Assembly: GCA_965644295.1 (NCBI GenBank)
Contig: CBFFRP010000235.1
Coordinates: forward strand, 62,001-126,000
Direction of reading: 5' to 3'
From: Paraphysomonas bandaiensis
Taxonomy: Eukaryota > Protista > Chrysophyceae
DNA: 64,000 bases
In this document: piece after piece, positions 41,535 through 51,507 of the stretch
Position numbering within the stretch: the first letter of the stretch is position 1
How the letters are laid out: each line of letters opens with the position of its first letter
Notes under the pieces: model-generated
Seen by the model: the letters and a program-made list of their open reading frames with translations, nothing else
The model's database searches: none
What the model was told of the DNA's origin: nothing
Position numbers and translations under genes: made by a program

Positions 41535-41722
41535 ATATTGAAAGTCTTTTTATTTAGCAATAGGCGTTAAAAACTCGTTCCGATATAGTGGCTAGTGGTA
41601 TGCTAGATCTACTAGTTAGACCTCTACCCATAACTAATCAGCACAAATTCTATTATCCTACTATTTAGCGCTACAGAAGCTGCTTGTGCGTCGCCGCAAG
41701 CACCAAGGTGCAACCACTTCCG
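41535..41722. repeat. Dispersed repeat A, inverted partial copy
   Basis: Reverse complement CGGAAGTGGTTGCACCTTGGTGCTTGC..GACGCACAAGCA..AATAGTAGGAT...GCCTATTGCTAA matches 38722-38880. Confidence 0.75.
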
Positions 41723-41901
41723 TTCTTAATGTTGTTTGTAAGTTTTGCCCTGCTTGTGTGTCTTAGGACTCACTGGCGCGTGTTGTCCGGGGGTCTCCCC
41801 TTGGGATAAGGTTCCGCCAGGCTCTGAGGTACAGGGTTCTGTATTAACGTCCTGAGTGTACCGAGCACTAGAAACTAGCTATTAACCTTGTTGGTACAAT
41901 G

Positions 41902-42227
41902 TGTTCTGCAATATGATGTGATATATATTGTGCAATTGAAGTGAGTTAACAGTGTGCAATAGGTGAAGTCAACCCATAGGTGTAACGGGTGATTATAGGT
42001 ACAAAGGAATTAAATTCAGTTACTGAAGTGTGACTATACAAGATATAGATAAACAGATGTTCAATCGCTAAGAACAGATGTTTCAACATATGTTACACGA
42101 ATATGTAGTGAAGTGTTCAGAATAATAATCATAATTTCTTACTTGAAAGTGCATTGTGTTCAACATAGCAAGGTTAAGGTTTACGTGTAGAGCAAAGTTA
42201 ACTTCAGTGAAATGTCCAATTCGAACA
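41902..42227. mobile_element. Solo LTR (326 bp) with 5-bp TSD
   Basis: TGTTC...GAACA termini; CAATG at 41897-41901 and 42228-42232; inverted homologue at 60630-60982. Confidence 0.85.
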
Positions 42228-42616
42228 CAATGTACACTACGATCTTTAGCGTTTAACGAATTCTAGGCTACTATCAATTCTTTATTATGTAATATAGATA
42301 TTTCATACCGTGAATTGTGAACAGAAAACGTCGTTGTGTGTGTTAACTTGCAAGGATGTTTCACTATTCAATGAAAGTATTAGCAGCAATCGAAATAAAA
42401 ATGTTACTTAATAGGAAATGGATCGAAACCATACTCAAAAATTTTTATTATGCAATAGAATGTAAGGAGTTATCACTTTCACTGTTGACCCACCCACGCA
42501 GATCAAAATGATTTCGTGTGAAACAGCCTAGAATACATATCAGTTGGTTCTGTATCGCCGTCCCTGCAAAAGTTGTAAGACCACTGACACGCACAAAAGA
42601 CACAGCACAAAAGACA

Positions 42617-44354
42617 TTAATACCATGCCACGTACATGACAGTTGCGGGTGAAGATTCATAAGAAGGCCGAGGTTTCTTCTTTACACTGGACATTAGCAT
42701 TTGATCCAAACAAGGTGTACAAGCTTGGTCACGGTCGATGTTGAATGCCCAGTCCATGTTGTGCCTCGCTGTAGATTGATACCACATTGGGGATGTAGAA
42801 AGAGGGTCAATGTTACCACATAGCTGAGATAAAGGAGTGCGTACACGACTAGAAGTCATCGTAATTGGAGTACTAGGCGTCTTTCCAGCCGAATAAACAC
42901 CAGGACTGGAACACATAGAGTGGAATTTATCTGTACACGAGAACTAATTACTTTCGTGTATAAAAGTTTAACAGATAAGACACATGCATAAAAATACTAC
43001 AACTGATGGCGCACTACTCAGTGCACTTCAAGTAAATCGTACCCATTGGTGTATTTTCTTGACCGCCTATACCACCAGCGTAGTCAGGGTACACAATATC
43101 TTCATGAAGCAAAGTTATGTCAGAAAAAGAGGAAAATAGCCGCCCAAATGCTGTTGGAGATAATACGAAACTGTCTAAATCGCTACTTGAATTCGCGTCT
43201 GGAAGTGCGCTTAGATGATGAGGTATATGACTTTCAACGGGTTGCTTCCGCTTCGTCGCAGTGTTAGGATGCAGTGGCACTCGACAATCCCGACTAGCTC
43301 TTTTAGGTTGAGATGCTTCTGTATCCCCACCTTCGGTGGAGTTTGTTCTGACAGAAAAGATTTCCTTGCTGACATTAGTGGAAAGACTTCCAGGATTCTC
43401 GCTGAGAGATTTTATACGCTTCGTTTGGCGTCGTCGCCGCTTGTTAAAATGAACCTCTTCAAGCATTTTTGGGATGTGCTCTCGCCCTGTAATTACCAAA
43501 CCATGCACTTATCAATTCCGTAATCCTCTGATATATATGTACACCTACCGTAAGTGAATTCAGAGGATTCAGAGTCAGCGTTGAGGCCCCTGATGTATGG
43601 CGCGTATGTCAAATTCCACCTGTTCTTTACGTCGTTATCAGTCCTTCCTGGAAGCTGCTTTGAAATTTCAGCCCATTTGTTTCCCATCTGAACGTGTGCC
43701 TGACAGGAAAAGATTAGAGTACATACTAATCACTTCAATTAAAAAATACTCATCTCACCTCAAGTAATTTTTGATCCTCCTCCATAGTAAACTTGCTGGT
43801 TTTGAGGTGTGGCTTCAAATGATTAACCCAGCGCTCTCGGCACTGCTTTGTAGTTCTATTCGGTATTTTTACTTTCCTCCATTGAACTTTATTAGGGTTT
43901 GCTGTAGATTGAACAGCATTGCGCAATAACTCATCTTCCTATCGTAAAGAAACATTGTACTAAACATCACTACGTATATAGTCCGCATATATCATAATCC
44001 ACCTGTTGAGTCCAGGGGCCTTTAGTGATATTCGGATCTAATACTTTACTCCATCGGTGAGAACATTGAATGGCAGTCTTCGATCCTCCAAATTCACGGT
44101 TGACATCCTCCGCCACCTCCTTCCAGTGTTTGTATCTGTAGTGAGCAGCAGATCTCTTTAGCACTTCATCCTACATATAAACGATTATATCTGTTATACA
44201 TGCATCCAGCAGTACATACACATGGACAGACAAGTAAATCTATCATCCTAAGAAGTTATCTTACCTCTTCTTTTGTCCAACGGGTACGTACAGTCGATCC
44301 TGGAGTCATACCAGTCGATTGTGTGGATTGAGAGCTATCTTCAAAGTGATCCAT
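42617..44354 (-). CDS. Three-repeat (R1R2R3) MYB transcription factor
   Basis: RWTKEE|DEVLK..HWKEVA..QCSHRW; KGPWTQQ|[21 protein letters not shown]; [12 protein letters not shown]|[29 protein letters not shown]. Confidence 0.92.
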
Positions 44355-44567
44355 TGCACAGAAATGCTCCGGAGGGACTTCTTTAGTAGGGAAAGTTATT
44401 ACATCACAAAATAGTGCAATCAACACGATATTATAATAATGATGCTTGATTGCTTCCTATATACATATATATACACTCCAACTCCAACAAGAAATATCCA
44501 CAAAGAAACACCACACCATTTTAGCCGTTGACTTGATACCTCACGAGCAGCAGATACAAGTAGGTAG

Positions 44568-44658
44568 ATGTGTGTATGTATGTGTATGTATGTATGTATG
44601 TATGTATGTATGTATGTATGTATGTATGTATGTATGTATGTATGTATGTATGTATGTA

Positions 44659-44689
<31 letters not shown>

Positions 44690-44863
44690 ATGTATGTATG
44701 TATGTATGTATGTATGTATGTATGTATGTATGTATGTATGTATGTATGTATGTATGTATGTATGTATGTATGTATGTATGTATGTATGTATGTATGTATG
44801 TATGTATGTATGTATGTATGTATGTATGTATGTATGTATGTATGTATGTATGTATGTATGTAT
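44568..44863. repeat. (TATG)n microsatellite, left flank of the retrotransposon (~295 bp, short TG interruption)
   Basis: Read directly from the sequence. Confidence 0.98.
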
Positions 44864-45055
44864 TGTGGCATGAAACTCCTAGTTTTAGGGCTGGGAGTTT
44901 CTTTCCTTCGGGAAACGTGGGGTTTCCCTTCAGGATACGGTAGTCTAGTGGCTGTAGTTTCATGCCAGACTAGTCATACATGATTCTTATATGCATAATA
45001 ATCATTATATTCCTAGTCAAGGCCTTTTCTTGTTGTCTCGCGTAGTTCCATCACA
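44864..45055 (+). repeat. 5' LTR (192 bp)
   Basis: TGTGGCATG...CCATCACA; identical by eye to 50971-51162. Confidence 0.97.
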
Positions 45056-45076
45056 ATATCGATATTTGAACGAATT

Positions 45077-48000
45077 ATGACTAGACGCACGAGAAGTGCT
45101 AAGAGAAGTGAGGAAGAGAAGATAGAGGAACGGGATCAAGAGGAACCCATGGCTTCCACCTCGAGGGAGGAGGAGGAAGAGGCAGTAGTCTCTAGTTCGG
45201 AGCTTCCAACGCAGAGGGTTGCGGAGGAAGAGTCATTAACTACTCCGAATGTGGAGGTAGTGAATGAAGGAAATCAAGGAAATCCAGAGGGGGAGTCTGG
45301 ATGGGAAGTGGAGACTTGGGCTGCGCTGGGAGAAGCGACAGTCGATGAAGAGGGTTTGTCACTTCCTCCAAACTCTAGTTCTGAGCGGGAAAGGGTTGAC
45401 CCGCAGAGTGAGGAGAGAAGGATAAAGATCGCCCGAAAGAGGGAGATTAGGGAGAAGATTAGGGAGAATAAGGAATGGGAGGCCTCTAGAAGGAGCAGAG
45501 AGTCTCCCAAAGGGGGGGAGGAGAGGAGTTCCTCCGAGGAATCTGATAGGTCAGAGAGATCGAGGGAGAGATCTCGCAGTTATTCCGACTCCGGGGGGGA
45601 GGAATATGAAGAGCGGGGAAGGTCCCGCAGGCGCTCTTCCTCAAGGAGAGAGGAGTATTATGAGCGGAGTGGGAGATCGAGAAAGGGACGATCGAGGGAT
45701 CGAAGTAGTAGATCCTCGGGTAGAAGATCGAAAAGATCTCGTCGCGAAGAGAGCTCCAGAAGGTTGAGAGCCTCTGAGCTAGAATTGGAAAGTCTGCGGC
45801 AAGAGGTGCAGCAGTTAAGGTCGTCGTTGGAGGGACAGCGTTCGACGGGAGGGGACAGGTCCGGAGGAGCACCTGCCATACCGCAACAAAGCAGTATAGG
45901 GAGGGCAGAGGAAGCTAGCTCGTCCAGTAGTACCCTCCTGGTTACGTCTAATGACGTTCCTCCATTAGTCGCGCTGACTTATGACGCGGTGGAGGATTAT
46001 ATTGAGAAGTGTCGCCTTTACTTTCACAAGAGTGGTGGGAGAGAGGTAGACCGATCGCTAATCTCGGCCAAAATGGCGGCGAAGATAGACTTTATGAGGG
46101 GAGACGTTAACGGGAAAGTTGACGACTGGAAGGATCCGAAGGTGTTACCGTCGGAGGATTTCTATGCGTTCCTTCGTAAGATGGTGAAGGATCAGGGGCA
46201 TGTGGAGGTAGTGGAACCTTTTCAACATATTCGCGAGTGGGCTCGCGAGGTTCGCACCTTCCGGAATGTCAAGGATGTTATGGACTGGGGTGCGGACCTC
46301 AAGTTAAAATTGGAAAAGGAGGAAGGATCCGGCACATGGGAGGAGAATAAGGTTTGGATCGAAGATTTCAAACGTTCCCTCCGGATTGATCTTCCGTTCC
46401 ATGATCAGGCTCGAAGGAACAGATTTCTGACTGAGAAGGTTCAGCCCATTTTTGAGAGTTTGTCAGAGGACAAGCGAAATTTGTTGGGTTATTTGACGGC
46501 CTTGCACAAAGCCGTTACAGCTATTAGGGATGGCTGGGAGGCTGTGGGGCCTTTTGACTTATTTGTGGCAAGGCAGTGGCCCCGAGGATCGATGGGGGGA
46601 CGATCCGAGGCTGACCAACGGGATCGGAAGGGGGCCGATCAACGGGAGAGAAAGCGCACGCATTCACCTGCGAGGAGTTCGCAAGGGGGTTCGACTAGTG
46701 CTGGAAAAGCGCCAAAGAGAGCAAAGAGTAGCTCTCAAACGGATGTGTCAAAAGTGCCAGATTCAGATCGATGCAATGTGTGTGGTCGCCCAAGGGAGTG
46801 GCACAAGAGTGCGGAGTGTCCACTTAAGCAAGCTGCGGGGGCGAACTTGGATCCAAACGTAAAGTGGAGAGAGTGTGCAGTGGCTAAGGATATTTTGGCC
46901 AAGAGGGGTCAACATACTTTGCCTAGAGAGGGATGGGTCTTAAGGCAAAGCGGTTCATATGGAAAGGGCTCCAAGGGTGAGTCCCATGATGTGTATTCTG
47001 ATGTTATGGCTATTATGGCCCTTAAGTCTTTTTCTTCATTGCCATTCATAACGGTTGTTGTATGCAATGAACAGGGAAGGAAAAGGACATGTAAAGCTCT
47101 ACTGGATACGGGTGCGTCGGCTAACTTTATTAGTAAGGATGTAGCTGAATGGTTAGTAGATAGTGGTTCTATTCCTATTCCCGTAAGTAAGAATATTGCT
47201 GGGGGTTTTAAATCAGCAAGTGCTTTGTGTGAGAGGGGTGTGTCCCTCAATGTAGAGATCTTTACGGAGGTAAAGGAACCTCCAGTGTTGCAAGCTCGCA
47301 TAGATGCATGGGAGTTAGATCTAAATTTTGAATTGATTTTAGGGGTACATACTGTACGTAATTTAGATTTAGTAGTGCAGTGCCCTAGTGCTTTCATGAG
47401 CTCAGATAAGGCTCGAAGGGTAGCCGACGTAGTGGGAGACAGTGCATTCCCTCTTGCGAGAGAGAGAGATGATCAGTCCGGGGGAGCAGTGTCTCCGAGC
47501 CTTGGCGTGCACGCGTCTTACCCTTGTGGGGGGGAACGAGCCAGCGTTCGTCTTCCATTGCGTAAAAATTATAATCTTGAGGTTCGAGGGAAGTTGGCCC
47601 CTCTGGAAGTAGGAATCAGTGACAAAGGGGAGGATTGGTCGTACCCAGCGGAGGAACAGCTGCTTTCGCTGGGAGAAGATCTTTCAAATTTCTCAAAAAG
47701 GTCGGCATGGGACCGAGAGGATATGAAAGAAATTCGCAACGATCAGTTGGAATCCATTGACTCTGATTATCTGGACTCGGAGGGTGAGTCTCCTACGATT
47801 CCGGAAAAGGTTTATGGGTCACCGGACTTACAAGAAAAGATTCGTGGGGTCCTGGTGAAGTATAAGGACATCTTTCGATTAGAAATTCGGAAGGGAAAAC
47901 CCGCGAAGTTAGAACCGTTTGAGCTCGAGGTCCGGAACCCGGAGGAAACGTGGTTTATACCGGCAAATAAATTGCCTCCTAGGAGGTTGGATAGGAGTCG

Positions 48001-50755
48001 ACAGAGGGAACTCCAGCGTTTAGTGGAAAAGTTAGAGCGGTTGGGAGCGATACAACCTAGCTCGGCCACACATTATAGTCATCCTTTTGTAGTACCTAAG
48101 CCGAATAATAAGTGGCGATTGGTGTTGGATTATAAGAATCTCAACAAGGTTACTACCTCTGAAAGCTGGCCAATTCCGAACATTAGGGATATGATTTATC
48201 GGATTGGTGAGAAACGTCCTAAGTTCTTTGTAGTGATGGATCTCACGTCTGGGTATCATCAGGCGCCAGTGGGCGAGAAGTCCCGTGCCTGGGTCGCCTT
48301 TATTACTCAAAACGGGGTGTACGAGTGGCTCCGGCTCCCCATGGGTTTGAAAGGTGCCCCATCCTACTTCCAGCGGCAAATGCAAAGTGTTGTACTAGCG
48401 GGTTTAGTATATAAGATTTGTGAGATATACCTCGATGATTGTATTATATTTGCTAGCTCGGAAGAGGAGCTGATTGAGAATTTATCAGCAGTTTTAGAGA
48501 GATTTAAGAGGTTTGGCCTTACAGTTAACCCTAAGAAGTGTGTCTTTGGGGTCTCGGAGGTAGAGGCTGTGGGTCATAAGATCAATGAGTTTGGTCATAC
48601 CTTTACTAGAGAGCGGATTGATAGTATATTGGCTATCCCGCGTCCTAATACCCAGAAACAGTTGAAACAGTTCATGGGGGTAGCAAATTTTGTAAGAGAT
48701 TGCGTACGCGAATATGCACTGATTGCAAAACCATTGCATGCAATGTTGGGGAATTATACTAAGTCGCAGGCTCGACGTAAGGTGTTGCACTGGACAGAGG
48801 AGTCCAGTGTTGCCTTTGATGTGCTAAGGGAGCGCATTCATGAGTGTCCCTTGTTATTTTTTATGGATGATGTTTCCCCCATCTTCCTATATACTGACGC
48901 GTCAATAATTGGTATAGGGGCACACTTGGTGCAAGTCGTGGAGGGTCACGAGCGCACAATTGGGATGATTAGTAAGGCGTTCGACTCAACGTTAGCTAAG
49001 TGGCACACCTGCGAGCAGGAAGGTTTTGCCATCTTTTATGCTTTAAATAAGTGGGAATACTTGTTGAGGGATCGACGTTTTACAGTTCGAACCGATCACG
49101 ATAATTTACGTCAACTCAAGCAGGAGTATGGCCACATAAAACGAGTGCAGCGCTGGTTTATGTGTTTTCAGTCGTTTGATATCGTGTTCGAACACCTTCC
49201 AGGGGAGATGAATGTGGTGGCTGATGCTCTTAGTCGAGTTTGTGGGGTGGACGCATCCGACGAGGTCGATGACAATCTGTGTTCTTCTCTCGAGCGGTGC
49301 CTGGAGGAAGAATCGCATACTGAGGATCAGCGCATCCCTAATCACTTCTGGAAGGCAATTAAGGCTTGTCATAATAGTGTAGTAGGCCACCATGGGGTGG
49401 AACGTACAATGGGAAAGTTGCGAAGGAGCAACAATAATTGGAAGAACATGCGTCAGCATGTTATACGTTTTATTAAGTGTTGTGTGTGTTGTCAAAAGAT
49501 GTCAACTATTAAGCCGGCAGTGTGGGTTCGGCCTTTTACTCTATCTAAGTATTCCATGGGTGAGTGTATCTATATGGATTATATCGAGGGTTTGATTCCC
49601 GATGAGTATGGGTATACTAGCATTCTGGTGATGATTGATGCCTTTTCACGGTGGGCTGAGTTATTTCCTACCAAGGGTATCTCAGCAAAGGACACGGCAC
49701 GAGCGTTGTTGCATTATTTTGGCCGATTTTCGATGTGTTCGATTTGTAAGCTCACTTCAGATAAAGGGAGGGCCTTTATGTCCGATATTGTTCGGGAGGT
49801 GAGATCTTTGTTAGGGGTGGAGCACTCCTTTACAGTAGAGTATTCAAAGGAGGAGAATGGTATGGTTGAGAGGGAGAATAAGGAAATTCTCCGTCATCTG
49901 AGGAATATTATTTTCGAGAAAGTGGTCTTGAAAAATTGGTCTGATGTGCTGCCAATGGTGCAGCGGATTTTGAATGCGGCAATCCATGGGTCGACAGGAG
50001 TGGCCCCAGCACAATTAGTATATGGAGATGCCATAAACCTAGATGCAGGCTTTATTTTAGATAGGAAGAATTTGTCTCCAAGGGAGGAGAAGGATCTGTC
50101 CGAGTGGGTGGCAGATAGACTCGCAGCTCAGGAGAGGGTGCGAGTGTATGCTCGTCAGAATCTGGAGATTCGGGATCAACACCATATCGAGTCCAATATG
50201 CCCGAGGGTGTTTCGTCGTACCCGGTGGGGGCATTTGTGCTAGTGGAACACAGGCATAACTCGTTACGGACAGGTCCAACGAGCAAGTTGTTGCCCTATT
50301 TGAAAGGGCCTATGGAGGTGGTTGGTGTGGAAGGACCAATTTACACCTTGAAAAATTTAGTGTCGAGAGGACAGGCACGGTATCATATATCTAAGCTGCG
50401 GCCTTTTTGTTTTGATCCGAGGGTGGATGATCCCGTACAAGTGGCGTTACGGGATGACGTTGAGGGTACCAAGTTTGTGATGGAGAAGATTACAAACATG
50501 AGGGGCGACCCTAAGGGTTCGCGGTGGGATTTGTTCTTTGAAGTATACTGGTCAAATTACGATGTTCCGACGTGGGAGTCGTGGAAGACAGTACGAGGAA
50601 CAGATGCGTTATTGAAGTACTTGAAGACGCACTCTAGTTATACAGTACGAGCCCTATTACCCAGGAGAGGGAAGAAGCGCTCCAGGTCTCCAGACACGGC
50701 GGCAGAGGAAGTCATTTCAAGTGAGGATGAGTCGTCGCAACAGTCAGGAGTTTGA
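45077..50755 (+). CDS. Gag-Pol polyprotein (Gag-PR-RT-RH-IN-chromodomain), 1892 aa
   Basis: Zn knuckle CNVCGRPREWHKSAEC; protease LLDTGAS; RT WRLVLDY, DLTSGYHQ, PMGLKGAP, YLDD; RNase H YTDAS; integrase H..GHHG..CCVCC, MDYI, TSDKG, ENGMVER; GPM motif; chromodomain MEKI...FEVYWSNYDVPTWES. Confidence 0.97.
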   Translation: MTRRTRSAKRSEEEKIEERDQEEPMASTSREEEEEAVVSSSELPTQRVAEEESLTTPNVEVVNEGNQGNPEGESGWEVETWAALGEATVDEEGLSLPPNSSSERERVDPQSEERRIKIARKREIREKIRENKEWEASRRSRESPKGGEERSSSEESDRSERSRERSRSYSDSGGEEYEERGRSRRRSSSRREEYYERSGRSRKGRSRDRSSRSSGRRSKRSRREESSRRLRASELELESLRQEVQQLRSSLEGQRSTGGDRSGGAPAIPQQSSIGRAEEASSSSSTLLVTSNDVPPLVALTYDAVEDYIEKCRLYFHKSGGREVDRSLISAKMAAKIDFMRGDVNGKVDDWKDPKVLPSEDFYAFLRKMVKDQGHVEVVEPFQHIREWAREVRTFRNVKDVMDWGADLKLKLEKEEGSGTWEENKVWIEDFKRSLRIDLPFHDQARRNRFLTEKVQPIFESLSEDKRNLLGYLTALHKAVTAIRDGWEAVGPFDLFVARQWPRGSMGGRSEADQRDRKGADQRERKRTHSPARSSQGGSTSAGKAPKRAKSSSQTDVSKVPDSDRCNVCGRPREWHKSAECPLKQAAGANLDPNVKWRECAVAKDILAKRGQHTLPREGWVLRQSGSYGKGSKGESHDVYSDVMAIMALKSFSSLPFITVVVCNEQGRKRTCKALLDTGASANFISKDVAEWLVDSGSIPIPVSKNIAGGFKSASALCERGVSLNVEIFTEVKEPPVLQARIDAWELDLNFELILGVHTVRNLDLVVQCPSAFMSSDKARRVADVVGDSAFPLARERDDQSGGAVSPSLGVHASYPCGGERASVRLPLRKNYNLEVRGKLAPLEVGISDKGEDWSYPAEEQLLSLGEDLSNFSKRSAWDREDMKEIRNDQLESIDSDYLDSEGESPTIPEKVYGSPDLQEKIRGVLVKYKDIFRLEIRKGKPAKLEPFELEVRNPEETWFIPANKLPPRRLDRSRQRELQRLVEKLERLGAIQPSSATHYSHPFVVPKPNNKWRLVLDYKNLNKVTTSESWPIPNIRDMIYRIGEKRPKFFVVMDLTSGYHQAPVGEKSRAWVAFITQNGVYEWLRLPMGLKGAPSYFQRQMQSVVLAGLVYKICEIYLDDCIIFASSEEELIENLSAVLERFKRFGLTVNPKKCVFGVSEVEAVGHKINEFGHTFTRERIDSILAIPRPNTQKQLKQFMGVANFVRDCVREYALIAKPLHAMLGNYTKSQARRKVLHWTEESSVAFDVLRERIHECPLLFFMDDVSPIFLYTDASIIGIGAHLVQVVEGHERTIGMISKAFDSTLAKWHTCEQEGFAIFYALNKWEYLLRDRRFTVRTDHDNLRQLKQEYGHIKRVQRWFMCFQSFDIVFEHLPGEMNVVADALSRVCGVDASDEVDDNLCSSLERCLEEESHTEDQRIPNHFWKAIKACHNSVVGHHGVERTMGKLRRSNNNWKNMRQHVIRFIKCCVCCQKMSTIKPAVWVRPFTLSKYSMGECIYMDYIEGLIPDEYGYTSILVMIDAFSRWAELFPTKGISAKDTARALLHYFGRFSMCSICKLTSDKGRAFMSDIVREVRSLLGVEHSFTVEYSKEENGMVERENKEILRHLRNIIFEKVVLKNWSDVLPMVQRILNAAIHGSTGVAPAQLVYGDAINLDAGFILDRKNLSPREEKDLSEWVADRLAAQERVRVYARQNLEIRDQHHIESNMPEGVSSYPVGAFVLVEHRHNSLRTGPTSKLLPYLKGPMEVVGVEGPIYTLKNLVSRGQARYHISKLRPFCFDPRVDDPVQVALRDDVEGTKFVMEKITNMRGDPKGSRWDLFFEVYWSNYDVPTWESWKTVRGTDALLKYLKTHSSYTVRALLPRRGKKRSRSPDTAAEEVISSEDESSQQSGV

Positions 50756-50934
50756 TCTATGAGTTTTGACGGTTAGAATCCGCTCTGTCCAGGTGATGGA
50801 CACCTATGAGAAGGTTCTCATACATCACAGTTTAGTTGGAGTGATCAGTAGGATAGTAGGGGTGATTTTTGTGGGTGTTGTTTTTTTGTTGCTAGAATGT
50901 GTCGTTTTTTAGTTCATGTGCCACATTTTTTTCC

Positions 50935-50970
50935 AAAAAAAAAAAAAAAAGAAAAAAGGGGAAGGGGTAG
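50935..50970 (+). promoter_or_regulatory. Polypurine tract
   Basis: A-run then GAAAAAAGGGGAAGGGGTAG immediately before the 3' LTR. Confidence 0.9.
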
Positions 50971-51162
50971 TGTGGCATGAAACTCCTAGTTTTAGGGCTG
51001 GGAGTTTCTTTCCTTCGGGAAACGTGGGGTTTCCCTTCAGGATACGGTAGTCTAGTGGCTGTAGTTTCATGCCAGACTAGTCATACATGATTCTTATATG
51101 CATAATAATCATTATATTCCTAGTCAAGGCCTTTTCTTGTTGTCTCGCGTAGTTCCATCACA
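50971..51162 (+). repeat. 3' LTR (192 bp)
   Basis: Identical to the 5' LTR. Confidence 0.97.
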
Positions 51163-51397
51163 GTATGTATGTATGTATGTATGTATGTATGTATGTATGT
51201 ATGTATGTATGTATGTATGTATGTATGTATGTATGTATGTATGTATGTATGTATGTATGTATGTATGTATGTATGTATGTATGTATGTATGTATGTATGT
51301 ATGTATGTATGTATGTATGTATGTATGTATGTATGTATGTATGTATGTATGTATGTATGTATGTATGTATGTATGTATGTATGTATGTGTGTGTGTA
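51163..51397. repeat. (TATG)n microsatellite, right flank (~225 bp, then TG units)
   Basis: Read directly from the sequence. Confidence 0.98.
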
Positions 51398-51507
51398 GGT
51401 AGGTATGTGGGCTGTCATCCGTTATTGTTGTTATTGTTGTTATAGTGTGTATATGTAGCAGTGTCTCAGTGGATAGTGTGGCACATGTACTCACCCTCAA
51501 TCTCAAT

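Larger units (their letters stand above)
44864..51162 (+). mobile_element. Full-length, apparently intact Ty3/Gypsy chromodomain LTR retrotransposon (6299 bp)
   Basis: Identical 192-bp TG..CA LTRs, single gag-pol ORF, PPT at 50935-50970, GTAT at both junctions. Confidence 0.97.

Noticed and set aside
41762-41870. GC-rich patch as a structured ncRNA
   Set aside because: Only short stems and no recognisable boxes; it sits in TE debris and is more likely a TE fragment.
44446-44983. ORFs reading MYVC/YIHT repeats (also 51098-51563)
   Set aside because: They are translations of the stop-free (TATG)n microsatellite, not genes.
45056-45073. GTTCAAAT on the minus strand as a tRNA T-loop or B-box match for the PBS
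   Set aside because: Only 8 nt, it lacks the conserved following C, and there is no stem complement; likely chance.
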